A stretch of DNA of 56,527 bases from Asterionella formosa. Its lineage: Eukaryota. The stretch covers positions 1-56,527 of the forward strand of contig NKIB01013494.1 in the NCBI GenBank assembly GCA_002256025.1, in the 5' to 3' direction. The translations under genes were made by a program, and so were the position numbers. Below, piece after piece: positions 24,363-37,492 of this stretch; position 1 is the first letter of the stretch, and each line of letters starts with the position of its first letter. The notes beneath the pieces were generated by a model. It was given only the letters and a program-made list of their open reading frames with translations, was not told the origin of the DNA and did not search any database.

Positions 24363-25493
24363 GGGTCGTTCTTATCATTTTTTTTCGTGTATCACGGAAT
24401 TTGAATTTTTTTGAAAATGTATCAGCAACGGTAACTCGATTTGAACTGAATTTCATTCATTCCAAAAGTGTCACTGTATCACTAATTTGTGATCACAGTG
24501 TATCATGGAGTAACAAGGATTGTCAACGGTGACAGGCCAGCTACGAGCATCTAGATATATATGAGCAGTAATATGCATATGCGTAGCTTAAATAAAAATA
24601 ACAACCGGAATAAAAAACAAATATCATATCATCTTACGGAGCCTGTGCGGTACATGCTACTAGCCCCTGGTACCAGGTATTGAGAGACTCGTCAACACAT
24701 TGACCATGTCGATAATCAGCTATTTCTCCATCAAAATGGCAAAGGAGTCGCTGCGCTTTTGCGGTCTAAGATATCATTGTACGAACGATGAAATAGAAAA
24801 GGAAATATAGATATATCTTTAAAATTGCATAAGAAATTACGAATCAACAATGTAGAAGAGGAACATTCGTCATTTTATATGATTGCAAACAGAACTATTG
24901 ATTTGTTATGGCGACGGTACCTGGTAGTACCAGTTCATCGATCCTGCACATCGATACAGATGTATATAGGGTTAGGGTTATATCAAATAAATCAGAACTC
25001 GACTAACACCTATTGTATACTTTGATGTCAACTTGGGAAACAAGTTGTATATAAGATTAATTAGCTCAAATATTCAACAAATACTACTACTTCTAGTTAG
25101 ATACTTCACTTTGAATTCAAAAAGAGTCCAATTAGAAGAAAACAAAACTTGGCAATGTATTTAAGGGTTCCTGTCATTCCTTTGATCAAAGATTACAATG
25201 TATTGACTATCATGACTAAAACATTCAGAGTTGCTTTAACCGGTGGAAGGTTTGAATCGTTTGATCAAGATATAATGGATGGAAGCTCTGTGGAAGCATT
25301 GTTGATTGGAGTGAATCAATTTCGAGACATGGCTAACACATGTGCCTTTGGCCCACCTGCAGATACGTCTACAAATAAAAACTATCATATTTCCATGATG
25401 CATCATAGGATTGCGATCATCTGATCATAATTTTTCGTTATATCATCTAATAAATTTGATAAATGCCCTTGTAATTTAAATAGTAACCCTTTT
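24363..25493 (+). mobile_element. Left end of a PIF/Harbinger-like DNA transposon related to 7063-8680
   Basis: TTA|GGGTCGTTCTTATCATT terminus. TGTATCA motifs at ~24388, 24418, 24475 and 24499. 25365-25493 is an inverted copy of 7843-7970. Right end not found. Confidence 0.55.
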
Positions 25494-26049
25494 GACTACA
25501 CATATTTAATTATTATATGTATTGTTTCTATTAGATTCCTATATAGATTTTCTTGGTAGGATAATGTACCAGCTGAAGTAATGTAATTTGGCTCGTCATT
25601 TCCATCCGTCATCACTCTGATTCTTGCAACAAGAACGAAATTCTAGCAATGACAAGTGGAATGATTGTTTGCGATAATGACGTCTTCAATTGTTGGTCAT
25701 GTGATCATTATATCTTTGAGTAATCGTCATGTGCAGTGAACCTTTGTTCATAATCATTCAATTAAGAGTTTACACGAGAGAAGAAACCATTCGAACTCGT
25801 AATGTTTCCGCACACAGCGCACATTGTGGATCCATTTTGTCAACCACCAGCATTACAATCTCGCCAATCAACCCGTAAACAAACACATTCTACTTGTTCT
25901 CGTTGACATTTTCAATTCTCACATGATACTACATCTAGCACTACTATTGAGATTCAGCATAGAAGGAGATACGAAATTGTAACAGACTACTGTCCACATA
26001 GCTATAGTTATAGAATGATTCTGATTACAATTTCTTTTTCATGTCACTC

Positions 26050-26520
26050 GTTTCTGCATTTGGCATGCTGTACTTGTATTTACTATTGAACTTGTCCGCA
26101 TCTTTGATACCATCAAAAGAGCGAAAGCAAGTGGCTCTCGTCATTGTAGTTTGCTCGTAGGAAATATTTGATACTATCCGTATCAAACTATCCATATTGT
26201 CATTTGCTTGTTGGAACTGTCTGTTGCCTCAAACCTGCTTGGCATGTGCGTACAAATACTACCGAATTGTTTTCATTGGTGGTATGTTGCTCTATTATTC
26301 ACTGTTGAACTTGTCCGCATCTTTGTTACCATCAATAGAGCGACAAGTGGGTGCGTCTCTTCATTGTTGTTTAGTCCTGGGAAAGTCGTTGTCCGTGTCA
26401 TCCTCATCAATAGAGGGACGAGTGTCCTTAATCATTGCGGTTTGCCGCTGGAAAAATTGGTATCCGTGGTATCGTCATTTGCTCGTTGGAACCACTGTCC
26501 GTTGCCTCAAACCTGCTGAT
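26050..26520. repeat. Internal diverged duplications in degraded TE-like sequence
   Basis: ttgaacttgtccgcatctttg occurs at ~26086 and ~26305; gttgcctcaaacctgct occurs at ~26223 and ~26501. Confidence 0.7.
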
Positions 26521-26735
26521 TAGCGTGTGTGTATGTGCACTGTCGATCACCAATGTATAATACGTAATATTGAATACAGTATATCACATAGCTATGATGC
26601 ATTGATCATTGAGCTGTGATGATTTCTTAAAATGTTTATGATATAATTTTGATCAAAATATGAACATGTTCAAATAATACAATGACAATAATATACGATA
26701 AAATATGTACGCAAGTGTTATCGATACATCATAGA

Positions 26736-26767
26736 AAATAAATAAATAAATAAATAAATAAATAAAT
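26736..26767. repeat. (AAAT)n microsatellite
   Basis: About 8 perfect AAAT units. Confidence 0.9.
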
Positions 26768-27199
26768 CATAATTTTGTAACATTGTATATAAATTAGACT
26801 TTCAATGTATACAGTAAAAGCCAACAGTTAATATGATCGTATTATACGGTGTATAGGATCTAAGTATACGGATGCGCTGATATGTACATCACTATAATAT
26901 GATTTGTGATATGGATTGATGCACATCACATACCGGTATCCTCAACAACCAGCCATCACATTCGTTGTCGTGTCGTTTTTCCTTGTTATAGCTGTATTTA
27001 TGCCAGCATGTGTATTGTGTAAACAATACACTGGCGGAAAATGCATAGTACACTGCTGTGCTCTGTTCAACAATTACTACACTCGCTTACCATCACACCA
27101 GCTGCACCTCCACAAGCCCCACAAAAAGCTCCGCGATTCCCTTCCATCACTGTTTTACATCATAGTCTTCTGGCCCTTTGACAACTTGTTTTCCAAATG

Positions 27200-29317
27200 G
27201 CGTTTCGTGGATTTCCATGCAAAGGAACAGTCAAACAAGAAACGTGACTTAATTCCATTGTTTACAATACACGACATCATGTTTTCGGAAAAGAAGATGA
27301 AGTAACTTATGAAATCAATCGAAGATTCCTTTGAATACACTGAAATAACTAATGAATGGAACAGATTCATAATACTCCAGAAAAATAAGCAATGAAGTAT
27401 GCCGACTCAAAAGTGGCAGAGATTGAAAAGAAGGAAAGATTGCTTTCGAAGAGCAGAGGAAACCCTAATAGTTGTTCTTCGCGGTTGAAGACTCTATTCC
27501 TACAGAGTCACAGTTCCCTCCAGGGTCGTATTTTGCTCCTCATTCTCCTGAAATCGCTGATAATGAAGAGAACTCAGTGATTCTCATTCATTTGATGAAC
27601 AAATTCATGCAATGAATAAAATACTGGCGGAAATGTGAGAGACATCACTTCTGAAGTAGAAATGGTTGAAAAGTTGCAAAACCAAGAAACATGTCTCACT
27701 ATTCGTCCCGAACATCAAGATGAACATCATGAAAGCAGAGAAACTACTGCATTTCTAAAAGAAAAGGCAAGATATTCAAGAAAACTTCCGAGCTAGATCA
27801 AGACCTAGAATTCAAGAAGATCAATGCAGACAGAGATGTGATGCTGGCAAAGGCAGTTGATGCACTGAGTCGGGAACGAAGTTTGAAGAAAAAAATTGAA
27901 TCTTTTTCCAAACCATAGCCTACTTTTGCGGAGAGTGGGCATGTGAAATGTGTAGAGTTATTATGCCAAAGCAAACTGCATTTTCCTTGAGTTTGCCGAA
28001 ATCGCATGGACAACTAAAATTGGGGAAAGATTTGTACACATGTACCCCACAAGAAATATGCAATTACGTCTCTGTATTTTATGGAGTCAAAGGCATCAAA
28101 AAAAATCTTCAGATTTTAAAGATCTTGCATTTTGGGACCTTGAAACAATTACCTCTCTGATCCATTGTATAATTCATGAACTTCATCCAACTGATGTAAC
28201 GCAAGGTTATATTTGATCTGGATGAGAACCCAGAAAAGGGTAATTACAAACCGTATATATACCAAGGTGATTATCATCCACTTCATCATGACAGTAACTA
28301 TGTGCTAATTGTTTACTGCAAAAGATCAGATGAGGAGGAAAACAATCATTTTGTGCATTATCTTTTTGCTATAAATGATGGATTATGTCAAGTCCGTGAT
28401 CCAGGAAAAGATGCAAGTTTGGATGAACATAATGATCAAGTATTTCACCTGGCCCGTCAGTACTGCATCATCCCTGGATGCTGCAGACAATTGGAATTGT
28501 TTCGCACCGATAGAGGATATCTTCCACAAGAATCCTATACACGTGAAGAAATTGGTTTATCGGAATCTTTCTATACTGGCACCAAAGCATCATTGCAGAT
28601 CATAATGGCCACTGAACAGGATTCCATGGTATTTCAACCAGAAGATGATAATGGATGGTCATGTAGACCATTTACAATTGTGAAAGTATTGGAAACTCTA
28701 TTGCAACTAGAAAGGAATGGCAAAACCAAATTTCTTGGCAACCGGGCACAATTCCGTTTGAAGACAGAGTCCTGGAAAGTTTTGAAACGTCAGGTGGTAG
28801 CCACATATCGAACAGACGATTTGTTATCTGTTACATTTGACCCAGCAACCAAGTCAACATACTTTCATCTTGGAACAGTTTGGCCTCAAGTGACAACGAC
28901 AAACATTCGTGAGGATATGTTTCAGTTGGAAATAACTGTTTTTAAATTTTGTATCGAAACAAATTTGACCTCCTATTGAGATTTAAAAATGTTGAACGAA
29001 GTATTTGGACGACTTCCTTGCAATTCATCTTTCAAGAAGGACGATGTTGACAAGGTAAAATCCATGATCCAACAAATGAATGAAAAAGTTGCTCCCTTCA
29101 GATGGTACAACCATCTACCTCTTGGCCCTTTTCTGGATGCATCAAAATTGACAAAAAGTTGAAAAAATATTTTGTAACTGATAACAGCCCTTCTGGAATC
29201 AAATTAAAAAAGTTTACAGACTCATATCGAACTTCAGTTGAAAAGTGGAGAAGAAAAATTTCGGACGAAACGAGAAGGACCATCTTAGGTTCTTTGGGAG
29301 TGAATAAGAACAAATAA
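27200..29317 (+). pseudogene. Degraded long ORF of unknown function, probably a transposon accessory gene
   Basis: Chain of plus-strand ORF pieces: a coiled-coil-like E/K-rich start, 28302-28979 (225 aa) and 29102-29317. Broken by stops and frameshifts. Convergent with the transposase pseudogene. Confidence 0.45.
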
Positions 29318-29399
29318 TGGACCATTTGGATCATGTGACCACAAAAAAATGATTTATTAGTGAAAGCATAATAGGATTATGTACGTTTATGAATTTTCA

Positions 29400-32300
29400 T
29401 TTCAGTTTCACTTTTCAAGGAACGAATACACGCTAAGAGAATGGTTGTTATGTTGGAGAAAACAACATTTCCCCAAAGAAGTAGTTTTGACGGATCTGTG
29501 TAGGAACTTGATCCATCTCCTTTCTCCCAGTTCACTTCAACCCAGTCAAACCATTCACGACCAAAGATTCCTGCATTTTAATCATGATTCCATTTCGGAT
29601 GGCATCTGAGAATAGTAGTTTGGCCGGGAACGTTACTTTCAATTTTAACATGATAACAAAAGTCAATCCTTACAATGGAAACAGGCCCAACCCCATCTTC
29701 AAGACTTTTGATTCTTGCTATTTCTATTGCTGAATTCGCAATGCTCTTTACGTAGTTGGCCCCCTTTGGTAAATCAGGATGAACCAATTGAGACAAGGAT
29801 GCATCCGTACTCCGTGATACATGCCCAATCTTATTAGGGACACCTGCTATAGTCCATAGACCATTTGATGATGAAGCAGAGAATTGAATTATAACAGGAA
29901 GTGATGGTGAATGGATCTTGGTAGCAGGTGATATTCCCAAATTATCAGGCGACATACTAGGCAACATCCTTGAATCCTGAATCATTCCCTCGAAATCAAT
30001 TTCTGTTGAAATACCCTCAGTTACATTCATATGTACCACTTTACTGATCTTCTTCTGTTTGTTTTCTGTATGAAATGAATCACTTGCAAAAACAAGTTTT
30101 CGTGCCAAGGAAAATTGCTTTGTTTCATGACCTTGTTAAAATGCATATCATGCTTTAATCGATGTAATTGTCCATTGACACGCTTACTGGGTCGCTCGTT
30201 TCAATTTGTATTTCAAAAAAGACTCCGAATATCTACCAAAGAAATGAAGAGGAGATCCGAACTTCCTAATCAGATCAGGGTAATGTTTCATTCCATGAAA
30301 TTTTGCAATTTGTAAGCCAATTTGAGATATCATTTCCCGTTGGAGACCAATCATAATCTTAGTAACTGACATAAATCTCTTTACCCTTTCCTCTAAAATA
30401 TCAATACACGTTAATGTGTACTGCGGTATGAATAAAGTGTCATTGATAGAAATACATAACCATTACAGCAATGTGAAATCTTTTTCTAGCTAGGTGCATG
30501 TTCTCTGAACCCATCATTCCACCCATTGAAACAATTGTTAAGAGACATAATCCGGGAATCTCTTGCCTTGCCCTGACATTTTTGACACAGCTGTCGTCGC
30601 AGATCTGTTTGACAATATTTAGGAATATCAAGATCCCTCGGTTTGACATTCCAAATGAGTATTGATGTATCTAGCAGCCACTTTGTTCGAAGTATAGTAT
30701 AGTTTCGAAAATAGCTACATTTCTGGTGCTGGTACAAGTGTGGGGTCTTGATTTTTGCCAGTGTAGATATTTTTGGTAACTGTTGCGTGTGTCCTTTTTG
30801 ATCTTTACCCGTTTCTTCGGTTGCTCTTGATCAAGAAACGCAGAGTCTGTTGCTTCAGTGATACGTTTCTGATCAGAGATGTTCTCTGGAATATCTGGAG
30901 ATTTTCTTTCTTAAAAGAAACATGCCCATTCTTCAGGGATAGTCCGATGATTGTACAATGATTCCAAAATGTACTTAAATATTCCAAGTAGTAATTGATG
31001 AAGAACCTCAAACAGAGTTGCACCAAATAATCCTTCTAAGTCACCACCAAAAAATGATTTATTAGTGCAGGTATGTACTCCGCAGTATAGTATGGAGTAT
31101 TAGAATACTGAATGTACAGCCATTATGCCATGTAGCCTATGTTTAGTCTATGGCTCATGAAATATTACGCACCAGCCACCGGTAAAAGTGTGCTTTCGTA
31201 CATACGCACATGGACTGACAATGATGCATCTTTTGGAAATTTTTTTGTGGCTCCGAAAAGGCAGCACTGACACCATGTGTATGTGCCGGGAGTGAGCATC
31301 AGCAGTCAGCAAACTCTTCTGGTAAGTGTTGTACCTGGGAACAGGGTACCAGGTACGCCCTGGTACACAGGTCTTGTAGATGCTACCTGGTACCAGGTAC
31401 CAGGTACCATGACCAGGTAGCATAATAGGATTATGCAATATAATACGGCACCACTCGTTTGCTGTTGCGTATTTGCCATTAGATTGGGAGACACAATACT
31501 CAGGTGGGATACATGGTAATTTTCCATCGGGATATGCATTTTTGTCAAGAAATTTGTTTAAAAATTTTTTAACATCTGACACTTTACAACGTTCACATCC
31601 AATATCGGGATTATCAGCATCTTCAGTTGAAACCAGGCAATCACGACAAACATATCGTCGATATAATCCATTACCACCCCTGAAGCCACAAATTTTATTG
31701 TGTTCTTCTGTATCACCAATGATCATTCCAATCTGGGAATAAACTTTTGTCATACCAAGACCATGAACCCAAATATCGTATGACTTGTTTGGATTGCTAT
31801 TTGAAAGGCGACAATAGAAATCCTGTAACAGAATGATATAGTTTGAGTCTACATAAGGACAAGTCGTCACCAGATAACTTTTTATTCATTTGTTTCTCCA
31901 GATCACTGACTTCAATGTCTGGCAAAAGAGATACTAATTGCCATCCATCAACTTTTTTCTTCCTTCTAACGTTAAGTTTAAAATTGTCAGCAAAAACGGG
32001 CAGATGCTTGGAATGTTTCATTTGTTTATCAATAGGTGAACCATCACTGAAAACTGCTAGGGCAACAAATAAACACCCTGTCTTCAACACTCCATTTTCT
32101 GATGCAGGAGAATTGTTGAATGCATTTTCAAACCAAGTTGCGGAAGTTACTTCGTCATAGATGCGTTCTCCACAAGTTGTAAGTTTCAGTTGTGGGTGAC
32201 ATACAAAATGTTGCATGATATCGGAATCACGTAACAATCCTGCCATGAGCTGTACTGGTTCGAAATAATGAAGTGTGCGTGGGATGATCATTTGTTTGGT

Positions 32301-32560
32301 CAACAGTTGACCACCAGCTAATGTTGGTGGAAATGAAATATCCATGCGTTTTTCAAAGTCTGGTAGGATGGAGCTTGATACCTTCCATCAAAATATTTCA
32401 TTGCTTTTGCCTTGAACAGCCATTTCATTAGATGATCAAAGTAAACTGGTGGAAGGTAGGTAATCCTTGTTAAGGAATTGATAAACAAATGCAGCGGGAC
32501 AGTAAATGAATTTTAGATCATCAAACTTTAAGGAAGACAACGACAACAGTTATCAAGTAG
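29400..32560 (-). pseudogene. Plavaka/CACTA(EnSpm)-like transposase pseudogene
   Basis: Ordered motifs: YFDHLMKW; GERIYDEVTSATWF; VALAVFSDGSPID; WQLVSLLP; RLKLYH; IIGDTEEHNKICG..CRDC; GLFGAT.FEVLHQLLLGIFKY; KFHGMKHYPDLIRKFGSP..F..YSESFLK; LRCHP...WFDWVEVNW. Frameshifted and interrupted by a 349-bp insert. Confidence 0.82.
31072..31420. other. 349-bp insertion in the transposase pseudogene, rich in GGTACC/TACCWGGTA at its right end
   Basis: The paralogous copy at ~51070-51100 has the empty site (reverse complement GATTTATTAGTGCAGG^CATAATAGGATTATGC). No target duplication is visible. Confidence 0.85.
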
Positions 32561-32669
32561 TACAATGTCTTCAAAGAACCATAAAGAGGTTCATGGAAAC
32601 AAGCGACATATGGCAAGTACTGCCGGTATGGAACAAAGAAGCAAGTTCCAAAATGAGTTTACAAAGAAA

Positions 32670-35600
32670 AAGCGAATAGGCGGTTCCGCCCTCCTTCCTC
32701 TGGACCTCCCACTTCATCTACTAGTAAGCCTCCTCATCAACCCTTCCGCCAACGTGAGGAGCTTCAATGTGATGCATGTGGCACTTGGGGACACTCTGCC
32801 TGCCACTCGGTGATCAACCCTAGCCAAGCATTACCTTGTCCACCAATATATCTCCTCTCATCAAGACCATGCTGATTGGGCTGCTGCTAGTACATGGAAA
32901 GAGCTTCATAGCACCACTCACCGGCGTGCTGCTATGCACATCTTTTACATCACCTTCAACCTGATATACCAGTCTCTGATCCTAATCTCACACTGGACAA
33001 TGCCATTTACGAAGCGGAGTTTCTCTAAGCCGGTCATTTTACCATCCCCAGAATGATGAACAGCTTCCTTGGGATGGCAGGACAACTGTCGGAGAGCCCA
33101 ATGCTCTGTTGTCACCGCCAATACCTCCGGCTTCTTCATGTGATCTCCAGCTCTTGGTTACTCCACTGGCTCCTACGACCTCATCTCCTGTTGTTGCTTC
33201 TTCCCACACCACACACCTTCTATGTCCTACTAGGACTGTTACTCTTCCTGACAACCTTCATCTCAGTCTGGACTGGTGTGCACCCCCACTTCCCCACCAA
33301 ATTCTCCATTCAGCTTCTTCTCCTGATCTCCTTCCTATTGTCCATACTGCTCGTCTTAATGATCTTTCTGTAAGTACCCCATTACAACATCCTCATGCAG
33401 CTGTGGGTGAGCAATGTAATATTGGGGCCAATATTTGTGCTAGTACTGCCAATCTATCCCTTCTCCACCACTATACCCCTTTAGAAAGACCTTTTGCTCT
33501 GCCCTGGCTTTGGTTTCTTCACCCTGTTTTTCACTAATGGAACTACTGGAGAAATTATGATATATTACTGCCCACAACTCTCGGAGACTCTGATTTCCCC
33601 ACAAAATATTTGCTCAAAATCTTACAACAACTTCTCTGGTTTTGAAATTCACTGCCGCAATATGGACACCACTGCGTTTGTACACTTCTTCAGCTCCTCT
33701 GATTATATTTTTCTGATGCGCTCTTGACTCGCACAAACAATCCCTTCTACTTCAAACAATTAACCATCACACCTCATGCCAACAGGTTATCACCTTTGCT
33801 TTCCACTGAACGCTGGCATCAACAACTTGGTCATCATGGCATGCATCAGCTTCGCCATTTACAACAGTGTGCCACTGGTCTTCCTCATGGCCTACATCAC
33901 CAAGTTCATCCACTACACCATTGCAAAATCTGCAGTGATGCCCATGCCAAGAAGGAAGAATCCCATGGGCCCCATATCCCCTGTAGATCACCTCCCCCCT
34001 GGTTCTCGTTTTCATTTGGATTTTGGATTCATGCGTGCAAGCTCTGATTCTTTTCATAAGACACCTGGTGCATCACGTGTTGTTGACTCCTATGATGGAT
34101 ACAATTCCTATCTCCTCATTACGGATGCCAAAACTCGATTCACTTGGTTTTTCTCACTACCAGCAAGGCCCCACCCATTGACCTTGTTAAAACCTTCTTG
34201 CTCCAGAATGGTCTTCCAAATGGTTACCGTGCTCTCCGCCTTGATCAAGGAGGTGAGCTTTGGCGCTCTGTGGCCTTGCGAGATGTCACTGCTAATGCAG
34301 GTTATATCATGGAACCTACTGGTAGTGACAGTCCTCATCAAAATGGCAAAGTTGAACGTCTCAATGGCACTTTTGGTGTCATGGTGCGCTCACTTCTTTA
34401 TTCTTCTGGCCTACCATCCAAATATTGGAGTGCAGCCCTTGTCCATGCTGTGCATCTCTAGAACCGTCTGTGGTATTCTGCTCTTGCTTGTACACCCTTT
34501 GAATTGTGGAACGGACATAAGCCTGATCTTTCCCACTGGCGTGTTTTTGGATCTCTTTTAACAACTCGTATTCCTGGTGCTCGCCCTGCAAAATTGGATC
34601 GTCACACTAATGATGGTATATTCCTTGGTTATGAAGGGTCCACCAAAAATGTGATGTATATTGATGTTCATTCTGGACGGGTAAAAGTTGGTGGTAGTTT
34701 CACCTTTGATGAATTACATTATACCTCCTCCCATCGACCCCCTGGCCCACAATTTCTTTTTGACCTTGTTTTACATACTTCCCTTCCTGCCATGATACCT
34801 ACAATGGTGTCTACTCCTGCTGCTGATAGTAGTGAACATTGTTCCCACTCTTTATTGAAAAACTCTGCACCATGGCCTTCCCTTTCATTAGCTGCCCCCT
34901 CTCGTTTCTCTTCTCCTCTTGCATGCCAACTTCCTCTTCCCTTTGGTGAATTATGCCAGTATGATTTCGCCTTGTTGCCCAGCCCTGCCACTACTCCTAT
35001 GGATTCCCATCTTCCAACAGGTAGCATTACCCCATCTGTTGACTTTGTTCCACCTCTTGCTGCTGCAGCAGCATACCTTACTGCTCCTGAAGTCCTGTCT
35101 ATTGAATTATCTGGAAACCCCTTTGATCCATCCTTTGTTGAAACCATACCAATTACTGGAACCCATGAAACTGCTGGTCTACAACTTCAATTTGATTCCC
35201 TTCGTGGTCGCCTTCGTCTCCTGGCCTGTCTTCCTGGCACACCTGCTGCTCGCATCAGTAGATGGAGATCCCGCCTTCGCTTTGCCTACATTCTCTACAC
35301 CAATGATGTTTCGATTGAGAATCTTTCTGACTTTAAACAAGTCATTCAAACACTTCGTCACCACCACCACCTGCACCATTTTTACTTTTGATGAAATTCG
35401 GAACTCTCTCTCTTCTTCTGGACTTCATCAACTCTACTTTGATCAACTTCGTGACTTGCGCATGATCACTCAAAGTCTTCGTCAATCCCCTTCTACTCCT
35501 TCTGGTGCCCTTGCCTGTCGTCTTACTAGACAAGGACTTAAAAAACAATCTGACTGGTCTGATTTGCTTGCCTCCGAATTTGAGCAGCTTGATCAATATG

Positions 35601-37492
35601 ATAAGCAAAACATGTTTGGTTCCCCTGTTGCTCCTCCTTGCTCCTGGTGCTGCAATCTTCCATTGGGTTTTGATCTACAAGGTTAAGGATGAAGATAACT
35701 ATCGTAAAAAGGCAAGAGCTGTTTGTGATGGTTCTACTCGTGGTGGCCAAGCACAAATCTATGGATCCACTTATGCTCCCACCCCTGATATGACCGATCT
35801 TCGCCTCTTCTTTGGCCTTGCCGCTCTGCCTTGAAAACAAGTTAATCTATGGAGCTGATGTTTCTAATGCTTTCGCTGAAGCTGCTGCTCCTGTACAACA
35901 ATATTTTATGCGAGTTGATGTTCACTTTCGTGATTGGTGGGCCAGCAAAGGGCGTTCCCCCTTTCCAGCAGATTTTGTCATTACCATTCTCAAGAATCTC
36001 CAAGGTCACCCTGAAGCCCCTTGTAAGTGTTCTCGTCACATTGACAAAATCCTTCAAACTTACCAGTTTATTCCTACTGTCCATGCTCCCTGCATTTATC
36101 GTGCCACTATCAACAAAGAAAATGTCTTATTTCTTCGCCAAGTGGATCATTTTGCCGTTGCCACTAACAATGAACAGCTTTACACTCAACTTTGCAACTC
36201 TCTTGACACAAACCTTCTTGTACCCATGAGACGCCAAGGACTCTTGACACACTATAATGGTCTTGACATTGTTCAAACTCGCACCTTCATCACTGTACAC
36301 TGTGGTTCTTATATCCGCAAACTTCTTTCTAATCATGGTTGGGATGATATGAAACCCACACATTTGCCCATGCCTGCTGATAATGAATATATCCGCACCC
36401 TTGACACTGCTACTGCTCCTACCACTGAGACCGAATGTCATGCCTTAGAGCAAGCCCATTTCCAATATCGTGGTGCTATTGGGGAGCTTATCTGGGCTAT
36501 GATCACTTGTCGCCCTGAACTCAGTTTTCCAGTGGTCAAACTCAGTCAGTTGTCAACCAGTTCTTCAGCTTTACATTACACTGCTGTTAAGCGGGTCTTC
36601 CGTTACCTTTCTGGTATGATTGACCATGGTCTCACCTATTGGCATACTGCACCCCACTCCACTCTCCCTTTTAATCTCCTCCTCCTTTACTTACCCGTCC
36701 AAATGATCAACATCTCCTCCATGATGTTTCTGCTGCCACTGCGCATTACTCTCCATTTGCTGTATTTGGGTATGTTGATTCTGACTGGGCTATGGATATC
36801 CGTCGTCACCATCGTTCCATATCAGGGATTGTCTTCAAACTTGCTGGTGCTGCAATTGCCTGGAAATTTCGTGTCCAACCCACAGTCTCCCTCAGTCCCA
36901 CTGAAGCTGAATTTCTTGCTGCAAGTGATGCTGGGAAAATGGCCCTCTACCTTCGCTCCATCTTGTTGGATGAACTTCATGTTCCCCAGACATATGCTAC
37001 CCTACTCTATGAGGACAACCGTGGTGCCCTTTTGATGGCTCATGCAGGCCAACCTACGAAACAGTCACGGCACATTGGCATTCGTCATTATGCCTAACTG
37101 ATTGGGTTGAACGTGATCTTGTTGCTCTGGAGGATGTTCCCTTATGGTTCAACGCTGCTGATGCCATTACAAAGCAAACTGGAGGTATCCTGTTTGCCCG
37201 CCATCTTGATACTATCACTGGCCGCCTTGGTCCACCTTATGTCTCCTCTGTCCCACTTGACTCTTCCCTCAAAACTGCCCTTTGAGCGAGGGGGGGGGGG
37301 TGTTAGTGTGACATACATAGTTCTGTACTTTGTGGTACTGTGATGTATGTACTAGTAGTGATGTACTACTGTAATACAGTACGGTATGTACTTGATATGC
37401 ATCTATACTATATCTACCTACATTCCTATCGTAGAAGAATATCCTGAGTAATATTATAATTTTGCATGTCATCTTTTGATATTGCATTGACA
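32670..37492 (+). mobile_element. Ty1/Copia (CoDi-like) LTR retrotransposon, 5'-truncated, with frameshifts
   Basis: Gag knuckle QCDACGTWGH; degenerate protease NIGANIC; WHQQLGH..CKIC; integrase HLDFGF, LRLDQGGEL, QNGKVER. RT KARAVCDGS, ADVSNAF, LQGHPEA, RQVDHF. RNase H DSDWA, SPTEAEF, EDNRGA, ADAITK. PPT at 37284-37300. Confidence 0.95.
37301..37492 (+). repeat. 3' LTR (~192 bp) of the third Copia element
   Basis: TGTTAGTG directly after the PPT GAGCGAGGGGGGGGGGG. Candidate end CATTGACA (6/8 inverted match). The right boundary is inferred. Confidence 0.65.

Noticed and set aside
31148..31870. 240-aa minus-strand ORF as a standalone gene
   Set aside because: Chimeric read-through from the transposase fragment into the 349-bp insertion.
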